A program made the translations under genes and the position numbers. Shown here in pieces: positions 1 through 8,066 of a stretch of 64,000 nt of DNA (its first letter is position 1; every line of letters starts with the position of its first letter). The notes beneath the pieces are model-generated. The model was not told where the DNA came from and did no database searches. It was given only the letters and a program-made list of their open reading frames with translations. Origin of the DNA: an uncultured bacterium (GTDB lineage Bacteria > Zixibacteria > MSB-5A5 > UBA10806); assembly GCA_965541585.1 (NCBI GenBank), contig CBEUCH010000001.1:64001-128000 (forward strand). Reading direction: 5' to 3'.

Positions 1-2
1 AA

Positions 3-182
3 GACGCTGACCGGCTCGTCCTCACCGATGATATAGAAGAACTATATATTGCGGGGGATGCATTATCGGCAGTGGAGGTCATGAATCTTCTGGATAGATT
101 CAGAGGTCGTAAACTAAAAGTGGTCCTTATGAGCAGGACTGATGACGTTTTGCAGCGAGCCAGAATTCCTGCAAGAATTTAG
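3..182 (+). CDS. 3' end of a gene running in from the left edge (partial, unknown function)
   Basis: Open frame from position 3 (DADRLVLTDDIEELYIAG...RIPARI) ending at TAG 180-182, immediately before the next gene. Confidence 0.6.
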   Translation, partial: DADRLVLTDDIEELYIAGDALSAVEVMNLLDRFRGRKLKVVLMSRTDDVLQRARIPARI

Positions 183-184
183 TA

Positions 185-1690
185 GTGCTCATGCTTGTTT
201 TAAGGATTACAGGTTTAATACTCTTATTCTGTCTTCCCATCGTCGCAGGCGAGATCCCCATAGGCACCCCCTCATCACAGAACCTGTTTATTATAGCCAG
301 AGAACTCTACGGTCGAGGGCTTCTCGAGAATATCGAATACTACAATCCTCCGGCCGCAACAGAAGCGGGAATGAGCAATAATGAAAAAGATCTAATCGGG
401 CTCTACCATAATCTGGTTGGAGATCATCTCGACCGGAAAGAAAAATCCTGGATAGCAGGCGGCCTGGAGCTCGTTGAAGTTAACCGGCAAGAGCATTCTA
501 ACACCAATTACTTAAAACTATTTCCTCAGGTTAAGATCGACATCAATCGCAACCTGTCCTCTACAGTCATTTATCGGATCGATAGAGAGCTATCCGAAGA
601 TCCCCGGTATGAAGGCAAATACTGGAGAGGATTGGCCGGTTTTGCCGAAAACGCCACTCTGGACCTGAGGCTCGACCGTATGAAGTTCCGGTTCGGAGTT
701 GAAAGGATCTCTTGGGGATTCGGGAGGTACGGGAATCTTCTGTTTTCCAGTCAGGCAATGCCGATGACCGTCCTGGGGTTCAGTTTCAGGGGAGAGAATT
801 TCGATTTTGAATCGATCGTAGGATTCTTAAGCCTCGTGGGAGAAGAACTTGATCAAATGGAACTTGATCCTCAATATCTTACAGATCAGCAGAGATATAT
901 CAGCGCCCATTCGTTGAGCTTCACTCCTTTTAAGGGCTTATCGATTTCCCTTAGAGAGGCCGTCGTCTATGGAGGTCCCGGACGGCGGTTCGAGCCCGCA
1001 TACTCAGTTCCTTTACTCTGGTATCACGGCCACCAACTCAATTCGGGGATCGACGATAATACATTGGTGAGCCTGGGATTAGATTACAGGCATGGCGGGA
1101 AGTTCTGGGCCTACAGCGAACTATTGGTGGATGATTTTCAGGTCGACAAGAAAAGCCGGGGCGATTATGAGCCGGACCAGATAGGATTATTAATCGGCGC
1201 AGAAGCGTATGATCTAGGCCTGACCGGATCGATAATAAGCCTCGAATACGCCAGGATTAACAACTGGACCTACAACCAGGCCAGACCGCATAATCGTTAC
1301 ATCAATCGCAACTATCCGATCGGTTTTCCCGATGGTCCCGATAACGATATTCTCAACTGGGGATACTCCTGGTGGGTCTCGGCGGCTCTCAGGCTATCCT
1401 ATTTCGGCTCCGCTCGAAGGTCCGGTGAGGGCTTTATAGACGCCGGCTGGTCGACGCCGTGGCTTTATACCGACCAGTATTCCGAGCCGTTTCCAACTGG
1501 AACAGTCCTGAGGGAGACAGTTAATGGCTTCGGACTTCGGACGTTTCACAATAATCAACTCTGGGGTAAGCTGGAGGTTCGGTTGGCCGATATAACTAAC
1601 GTTGGGAACGTTCCCGGGACGGATAAGACGCACTGGGAATTTTCCGTTGAGTTAGGATATAGATTGCCACCATTTGGCTGGGGGTTTTAG
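185..1690 (+). CDS. Capsule assembly Wzi-family outer-membrane beta-barrel protein
   Basis: 501-aa ORF; signal peptide; WGFGRYGNLLFS, REAVVYGG, ELLVDDF and EYARINNWTY segments typical of Wzi-like barrels; C-terminal Phe. Start may be ATG 191. Confidence 0.7.
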   Translation: MLMLVLRITGLILLFCLPIVAGEIPIGTPSSQNLFIIARELYGRGLLENIEYYNPPAATEAGMSNNEKDLIGLYHNLVGDHLDRKEKSWIAGGLELVEVNRQEHSNTNYLKLFPQVKIDINRNLSSTVIYRIDRELSEDPRYEGKYWRGLAGFAENATLDLRLDRMKFRFGVERISWGFGRYGNLLFSSQAMPMTVLGFSFRGENFDFESIVGFLSLVGEELDQMELDPQYLTDQQRYISAHSLSFTPFKGLSISLREAVVYGGPGRRFEPAYSVPLLWYHGHQLNSGIDDNTLVSLGLDYRHGGKFWAYSELLVDDFQVDKKSRGDYEPDQIGLLIGAEAYDLGLTGSIISLEYARINNWTYNQARPHNRYINRNYPIGFPDGPDNDILNWGYSWWVSAALRLSYFGSARRSGEGFIDAGWSTPWLYTDQYSEPFPTGTVLRETVNGFGLRTFHNNQLWGKLEVRLADITNVGNVPGTDKTHWEFSVELGYRLPPFGWGF

Positions 1691-1692
1691 CT

Positions 1693-3147
1693 ATGCGGAG
1701 ATTGATATTAACTCTGGTTTTCGTTCAGGTGCTATGTTTCTCTGTTTTAGCGGCAGATTTCTTAACCGGGGCCAGGGGCGGCGGAATGGGATTTTCGTAT
1801 TTTGTATTAGCCGACGATCCCTCGGGGGCCCTCTATAATCCCTCCGGACCCGGTTTTGCAAGAGGCTTGCAATCTCAGCTTATGTATAACAACCGAAATA
1901 ATTATGACTATCCCGGCTGGCCGGAGAATCCTTACGGCGGCCAGTTCGCAGTCGTTTATTACCGTCCTGAATTCGGCGCGCTTGCTCTCAACACAATTCA
2001 GAGCGGCTCGATGTCTGAGGTAACCGGTATCCCGACTATAAACCACGCCGTCCTTACTTATGGTAGAGAGCTTGCTCCGGGCATGTCGGCCGGTGTCTCG
2101 GCAAAATACCTGAGTGAATCCATGTTTGGCGAGCGCTCGGCATTCGATTTTGATCTGGGAGTCTCCTTCAGAACCCGCGTCGGCATAATAGCAGCTGCCG
2201 TAGCCGAGAATGTTATCCGATCCAAATTGTCGCCGGAATATTCAGGCACCGCCGAATATCTGCCTCGTCGTGAACGACTCGGGCTGGGGTATTCTCACAA
2301 CGCAAGGGAGTGGCAAGCCGTTTTTGTGTTAGCGGGCCAACTGGAGGAATCCGGTATTTCGCAGAAATATATAACGGCACTTTTAAACCTCGGCACGGAA
2401 TGCTGGTTCATACCGAACAGACAGATCTCTTTAGGGGCTCGTGCGGGATATACTTTCGGCAAGGGTGTAAGATATGACATAGAGAGCGACTATTCCAGTT
2501 TGTCAACCGGGATTTCAGTCAACTTCAAGATTGGCGTCAGCGATTTAAGGCTGGATTATTCACTGGTAACTTATCCGTATGAGACTGCAGACGGCTCGAC
2601 CCCTCTGGATCATTTTCTGGGGTTAACCTACGGCTGGGGCGGCGTGCCAAAGTATGATATTCATGGCGATGGATATTCCGCGCGGGGCCAAACTGAGCCG
2701 TATGTGAGGCATCAATCTACAGAACCACCGGAGATTTTCAATCCTCCGCCGGATTCCAAGATAAAACCCCCGGTTATTGATAAAGATACTAATTTCAGGC
2801 GTCGCCGTTACCTGCATTTTGATGTGGATATGGATGTGGCTGATATTTCTTCAAAGGACTTCAAGAGGATCGTTTTCTATTTCAGGCCTCAACGAATAAT
2901 TAAGACGAATAGCTGGAAGCTATATGTATTCAAAGCCAAGATCAAAAACTGGTCCGACGGTGAAATCCTCCGCTGGGCCTTGAAAGTTATCAAAGGAAAC
3001 GGGCTCCCTCCCATAAACGTGGTCTGGGATGGAAAATCAGGCGATGGGACACTCCTGCCGGCAGGAAAATATTATTATATAATGACCGCCGAGGATCCGC
3101 AGGGACAGCGTTTCGTCACAAAATGGCATAAGTTCAAATTGGAATAG
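1693..3147 (+). CDS. PorV/PorQ-like outer-membrane protein with C-terminal FlgD Ig-like domain
   Basis: GARGGGMG...ADDPSGALYNPSG N-terminus (PorV/FadL-like), barrel strands, Pro-rich linker, VVWDGKSGDGTLLPAGKYYY FlgD-type motif. Confidence 0.65.
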   Translation: MRRLILTLVFVQVLCFSVLAADFLTGARGGGMGFSYFVLADDPSGALYNPSGPGFARGLQSQLMYNNRNNYDYPGWPENPYGGQFAVVYYRPEFGALALNTIQSGSMSEVTGIPTINHAVLTYGRELAPGMSAGVSAKYLSESMFGERSAFDFDLGVSFRTRVGIIAAAVAENVIRSKLSPEYSGTAEYLPRRERLGLGYSHNAREWQAVFVLAGQLEESGISQKYITALLNLGTECWFIPNRQISLGARAGYTFGKGVRYDIESDYSSLSTGISVNFKIGVSDLRLDYSLVTYPYETADGSTPLDHFLGLTYGWGGVPKYDIHGDGYSARGQTEPYVRHQSTEPPEIFNPPPDSKIKPPVIDKDTNFRRRRYLHFDVDMDVADISSKDFKRIVFYFRPQRIIKTNSWKLYVFKAKIKNWSDGEILRWALKVIKGNGLPPINVVWDGKSGDGTLLPAGKYYYIMTAEDPQGQRFVTKWHKFKLE

Positions 3148-3167
3148 AAGGCGCAGCCTAGAGGGGG

Positions 3168-3204
3168 GAAGCGCCGTCCGGTTTCGGGCGGCGCTTCGCT
3201 TTTG
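3168..3204 (+). terminator. Intrinsic terminator between convergent genes
   Basis: Stem GAAGCGCCGTCCG / CGGGCGGCGCTTC with GTTT loop, followed by GCTTTTG. Confidence 0.7.
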
Positions 3205-3273
3205 TGAGCTGAATGTCACTATATTAAGACCCCTGCCCGTTCTGGACAGTGGTCCGGGAAACCTCGTTTTCTT

Positions 3274-6200
3274 CTATTTTATTATGATCATTTTGCGGCT
3301 CCGCTCGAAATTGCCTGCTTTCAGACTGTAGAAGTAGACTCCGGAGGACATAGCCCGCCCCCTGTCATCGGTGCCATCCCAGGTTATGGCATGATATCCG
3401 GCTGGCAGCTTTTCAGCCAGCAGTCCTCTAACCTGGCGTCCGAGAAGATCGTAGATCATCAACCTGACATCTGATTGAACAGGTAACGCAAAACTAATCT
3501 TAGTGGCGGGATTAAAGGGATTGGGGTAATTCTGTTGGAGTGCGAATTCCTCTGGAACAAGATTGGATAGATCCTCGATTCCAGTTTCTCCGGAGACCGT
3601 CAATGTGCACTCCACGGCGATACTGCCCTCGTCGGGATCGTTGGAGATGATATCCAGGTATCCGACATATTCCCCTTCATCAAGTTGAGTGGCATCGAAT
3701 GTGACATTGATATCCGAAGAACTGCCGGGCATAACGAAACCTGAAAGCGGATCGGGAGAGAGCCAGAATGTCGGATAAACAATTTTCACGGCCAGATTCT
3801 CGGAGATATAATTTTGATTGTAGGCCATCTGCAAACCGACCGAACCGTCCTCGTTTTCAATACCTATAGTGCAGGAGTTAAGAATACCATCCAGGCCATT
3901 GTACTGGTAGATTATGGTACCATCGGCGATCAGAATGACCTCGAATGTAAAAGAGCCGCTATTGGGATAGCGGGGTACGTCCTGCCATTGAACGATGGCG
4001 GAATCGGTATCGTTGGTATAGAAAAAGATGGTTCCACCGTTAACAGGGTTTAGATTATCCCAGAAAGGAGCCACCAGGTTGTTAGGCTCCAAAGAGTTAG
4101 GAATCGATCGGTTGATGTAATCCGTGGCGGTAGCGGTGAATGATATCCAGCCATTGGAACAGATTCGGATGGAGCTAAAATAGTTGCCATAAAATGGGAT
4201 TTCGAAACCGAGATCAAATGGCCCCTGGTTTTGATTGGTATTAAACTGCAACGGTTGGCCGTCTCCCGATATATCGATCCACTCATAGGCGGGGCCGCCC
4301 GGCTCGTCGGAATCGATCCAGGTATATCCGAACTCGTCGGGTCCTCCCGAATCCAGGACCATCGGAGGATTGAGATCCGGATCCTGTCCTTTTTCCTCGA
4401 GGCCGGTAGCATCCGGGCGCGTGAAATCATCGCGAATCCCAAGCCGTCGATTTTCAACCATGGGCCTTATTTCGAATGTCAGGACTCCCCCGGTGGGATT
4501 GGTCAATGTGAGCGTCCGATCTACGGACTGTCCGGGCTGCAATTCGACTGCGAAGAAAGCAGGATCGATCTCGATATCTGGCAAGGGTAAGAAGGTCCCA
4601 CCTGAGATGTCCACGGAATCAATATACCATCCTGCTCTGGTATTCGAACTATCGGTGCCAATCCGAAAACCCAATTGTATAATCGAGCCTGCGAAGTCCC
4701 CCAGGTCGAATTCTGCCTGTTCCCAATCGCCGGAAAAGCCAGAGTAGCCGGGTTCATTATCCAGTGCCCGGACCTCATCGTGTGGATAACCTCCTGCCGG
4801 TGTGATCAGCTCCCAATCCTGGCCCAGGGTTCTGGCCGAGACATTTCCGCCGTCGTAGGCGGCCATCAGGTCACGATCGAAACGATACCAGTGGTAGAAT
4901 CTTAGAATCGCCTGGTCCTCATCGACGGCGATGAAATTCGAGATCAGAAGGTCATCAGCATAATTTTCATAGTTGTCGTCAAGAACTGTCGCCCAGACAT
5001 TAAAGCCATCGAATGCCGAACCCGGGCCTGATGTCGGTTCTCCCCATTCCCAGATGCCTTTTCCGACCCAGTAACCGTCATCATATTCAAATGACTCGAA
5101 CGGACCCAGCGTAAAATTCAATTCAACCTCTCCTCCTCCCTGAACGTGTATAGAATCCTCTCCCATGCCGAACCCAGATGCCCTGACCCGAATCGTATAT
5201 GTTAAATCGCCAGGCAATGCCTCGAATTCATAATATCCATTTTCGTCTGATTGGATTGGTTCAACGGGCGTACCGACCACCTTAATATTGGCGTCTGCTA
5301 TAGGGGATGCATCTTCGGTGTTCACCACCGTTCCATGCAGATTGCCCGCTACGGCCTCTTGAAGGACGAAATCGACTATGGTTGTCTCCTGGACAGCAAG
5401 ATCAACCTCTACCTGCTCCGGGAGATAACCGAAGTAGGAAGCCTCGAGAGTATAGGTTATGTCGCCCGGCAACATGATGTCATAGTAACCGTCCTCATCG
5501 GCGTAGGTAAACCTCTCTGAATCGATAATCTGAATCAGGGTTCCACCGATGCCATCGTCGTAGATATCTGTGATCCGGCCTTCAATGAACCCGTAGCCGG
5601 CCTGTGCAAGAAGACAAGCCTCATATAAATCGATAATACCGTGACCGAAGGTGTTTTCTTCGCCATCGGGGTCGTCAAATGGTAAATCATGGGCGGTGGA
5701 AATCAGGATTTCCTTTATAGTATCTACATCGAGATCGGGGTTTGCCTGTCTCATTACGGCAACAGAACCGGTCACATGGGGTGACGCCATGGAAGTCCCG
5801 CTCATGGTGGCATAGCCGTCGCCGGGAACCGACGAGCGAACACTCACACCGGGAGCCACAACCTCAGGCTTGATTGCCAAATCGCCCTCAGCGCATTCTG
5901 TCGGACCACGGGCGGAAAAGCCGGCTATCGGCAGGTCAGGATTGTTGCCGTCCACAGCGCCGACCGAGAATACATTAATATAAGTATCCGCCCTGTCTGC
6001 CGGAGAACGAAGACCGTTGAATGCTTCATTACCGGCGGAGAATATCACTACCGATCCAGCGGCTTCGACGTTATCGATGACTTGCCAGAAGGTTTCATCG
6101 CAATCAGGCCATCCGATATCATCCGGAATTCCCCAGGAATTTCCTATGGCATCGGGATTATCCTGGGTATGGCGATCGCCGTCAGGGTCAACCGCCCATT

Positions 6201-7047
6201 CGAATGAGATGAGAATATCCTGTATGGTGCGATTGATCCCGCCCCTGTCGACCGCCGCCGAAGCTATCCATAGCGCATCGATTGCAACGCCGATGGTGTC
6301 GCCACGGTCGGAGCGGCCACAGATCGTGCCCATGGTGTGGGTGCCGTGGGAGCCGCCGTCCTGAGGGAAATCCCATTCGGTGTCATATGGATCGAGCCAG
6401 CTTTCGTCGTAATCGCCGTCGCCATCTACATCACCGCGGAACCTCTCGCTCAGGGCTGGATGGGTACCGTCCACACCGGTATCAATATTCATGACAACCC
6501 TGCCCTCGCCGGTCCAGCCGTGTTCCCATGCCGCAAGGGCGTTTATCCTCTCGAGGCCTATCTCATGTATCAGGAGCAGGCTTTCGTCTGATTCGTATTC
6601 TACCGGTTCGATTAATTCAATCGGGATATTGGCATAGAGAATATCCAGATCCGGGTGAGCGACAAGAGCTTCTATCCCGTCTCGCGTAGCTCTGAGGTGA
6701 AACATATTGGCGATCCAGAACATTCGATAGTCTTTGACAATATCGCGGGCCTTCAGCTCATCCAGATAAGCAATCATCACCGGCTGAGTATCGGTTGCCG
6801 CTTCCTGCAATTCGATAATTACCCGTCGGTTTCTTTCTGCGAGGGTTGCACGTATCTGCTTTAGCTGCTGGTTAAGGGAGGCTATATCAGCCTGATGGTT
6901 AAAGAAGGCGATTGCCTCAACGGTTTCACCGGCATTCAGCCGGTCGAGTTCAGCCTGAAGCGATTCATGAATCACCGCCGCATTTACGGACACACTCGCC
7001 AGAAATAGAATAATCAGAACCGGCCATAAGACCTTGCCGTTACTCAT
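3274..7047 (-). CDS. Secreted S8 (bacillopeptidase F-like) serine peptidase with carboxypeptidase-regulatory-like repeats, beta-sandwich domains and a FlgD/T9SS-type C-terminal domain
   Basis: Signal peptide; catalytic triad motifs NIDTG, HGTHTMG, GTSMAS; C-terminal QNYPNPFNP...YDLLGRQV...WDGTD...SGVYFY. Confidence 0.9.
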   Translation of the reverse strand: MSNGKVLWPVLIILFLASVSVNAAVIHESLQAELDRLNAGETVEAIAFFNHQADIASLNQQLKQIRATLAERNRRVIIELQEAATDTQPVMIAYLDELKARDIVKDYRMFWIANMFHLRATRDGIEALVAHPDLDILYANIPIELIEPVEYESDESLLLIHEIGLERINALAAWEHGWTGEGRVVMNIDTGVDGTHPALSERFRGDVDGDGDYDESWLDPYDTEWDFPQDGGSHGTHTMGTICGRSDRGDTIGVAIDALWIASAAVDRGGINRTIQDILISFEWAVDPDGDRHTQDNPDAIGNSWGIPDDIGWPDCDETFWQVIDNVEAAGSVVIFSAGNEAFNGLRSPADRADTYINVFSVGAVDGNNPDLPIAGFSARGPTECAEGDLAIKPEVVAPGVSVRSSVPGDGYATMSGTSMASPHVTGSVAVMRQANPDLDVDTIKEILISTAHDLPFDDPDGEENTFGHGIIDLYEACLLAQAGYGFIEGRITDIYDDGIGGTLIQIIDSERFTYADEDGYYDIMLPGDITYTLEASYFGYLPEQVEVDLAVQETTIVDFVLQEAVAGNLHGTVVNTEDASPIADANIKVVGTPVEPIQSDENGYYEFEALPGDLTYTIRVRASGFGMGEDSIHVQGGGEVELNFTLGPFESFEYDDGYWVGKGIWEWGEPTSGPGSAFDGFNVWATVLDDNYENYADDLLISNFIAVDEDQAILRFYHWYRFDRDLMAAYDGGNVSARTLGQDWELITPAGGYPHDEVRALDNEPGYSGFSGDWEQAEFDLGDFAGSIIQLGFRIGTDSSNTRAGWYIDSVDISGGTFLPLPDIEIDPAFFAVELQPGQSVDRTLTLTNPTGGVLTFEIRPMVENRRLGIRDDFTRPDATGLEEKGQDPDLNPPMVLDSGGPDEFGYTWIDSDEPGGPAYEWIDISGDGQPLQFNTNQNQGPFDLGFEIPFYGNYFSSIRICSNGWISFTATATDYINRSIPNSLEPNNLVAPFWDNLNPVNGGTIFFYTNDTDSAIVQWQDVPRYPNSGSFTFEVILIADGTIIYQYNGLDGILNSCTIGIENEDGSVGLQMAYNQNYISENLAVKIVYPTFWLSPDPLSGFVMPGSSSDINVTFDATQLDEGEYVGYLDIISNDPDEGSIAVECTLTVSGETGIEDLSNLVPEEFALQQNYPNPFNPATKISFALPVQSDVRLMIYDLLGRQVRGLLAEKLPAGYHAITWDGTDDRGRAMSSGVYFYSLKAGNFERSRKMIIIK

Positions 7048-7224
7048 TACTGCTCCTTGGATTAAGGTTCATCCGAGAGGTATTTCGCATAACACAATTG
7101 CCCATCAAATCTTAACGGTCAAGAAAATGCCGTCTGCGGGGTCTCCCTGGCCTGCATTATCCTGCTTGTTATCCAGGCCATAGGGCGATTGTCGGCCTGG
7201 AGTGCCCCGACATCCGGTATTTCA

Positions 7225-7252
7225 AAGATAGCTGAAACGTCTTAAATGTCAA
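7225..7252 (-). promoter_or_regulatory. Sigma-70-type promoter of the S8 peptidase gene
   Basis: Minus strand TTGACA-N16-TATCTT(TG). Confidence 0.6.
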
Positions 7253-7399
7253 CAGCTTTTGAGAGTTCCATTTCGACTCAACCCGTAATGTAACAGCGGG
7301 AAATGTTGCTGCGGTTCCGCCAATCTTGCCGGGGTTATTGGTGAGAATCGGTCATATGGTTTGCACCTGGGCATGAATTACCCCGGGGGCCATTAGAGG

Positions 7400-7427
7400 T
7401 TGACATATGCCTCATGGACGTTATTTT
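7400..7427 (+). promoter_or_regulatory. Sigma-70-type promoter of the rubrerythrin gene
   Basis: TTGACA-N16-TATTTT, then AAGGAG RBS before ATG 7452. Confidence 0.6.
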
Positions 7428-7451
7428 GACGGCTGATCGAAAGGAGACGAT

Positions 7452-7982
7452 ATGAGCGAGATGAATCTGCCGGAAAAGGAAGCGCTGTCTGCGGCCATAG
7501 AGATGGAGAGAAAAGGGTATGACTTTTTTACCAGATTCGCTACCGATGCGAAAGACTCGCTGGCCGGGGAGGTGTTCGAGTTCCTGGCGGCTGAGGAGCT
7601 GAACCATATAAAAGCTATTGAAAGATTCAAGGAGGAGTATCTCTTAAGAAAATCTGCCGATGCCGATGCAGTGATCGAGAGCCTGAAGGCCGGCAGGCCG
7701 AAAGCCATCATTGAGAAGCTTTTCAAGGGGCTTTCGAAGGCCACACCGGTTGAGGGAACGGATCTCGATGTTTACAGGTTCGCCATGGATTTCGAGCGCA
7801 AGGGACAGGAGTTCTACAGAAATGCCGAGGCCTCGGCAAGCGATCCCAATGCCAGAAAGCTGTACGGCTTTCTGGTCGGCGAGGAGCGGAAGCATTTCAA
7901 AATAGTCGAATCCTGCCTTCTGTATTTCGATAACCCGGAGGAGTTCTTCCACCAGCGCGAGGGCTGGCACCTGGAAGGGTAA
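7452..7982 (+). CDS. Rubrerythrin/ferritin-like di-iron protein
   Basis: Two E...Y...EExxH repeats (MERKGYDFF...EELNH; FERKGQEFY...EERKH). Confidence 0.85.
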   Translation: MSEMNLPEKEALSAAIEMERKGYDFFTRFATDAKDSLAGEVFEFLAAEELNHIKAIERFKEEYLLRKSADADAVIESLKAGRPKAIIEKLFKGLSKATPVEGTDLDVYRFAMDFERKGQEFYRNAEASASDPNARKLYGFLVGEERKHFKIVESCLLYFDNPEEFFHQREGWHLEG

Positions 7983-8066
7983 GAGAACGCAGGTGTTATT
8001 CTCTCCGCTTTATAATGTCATATGAGTAATGTGCAGGGCTTAGAGCACTACGGCCCTGCCGGTCAA

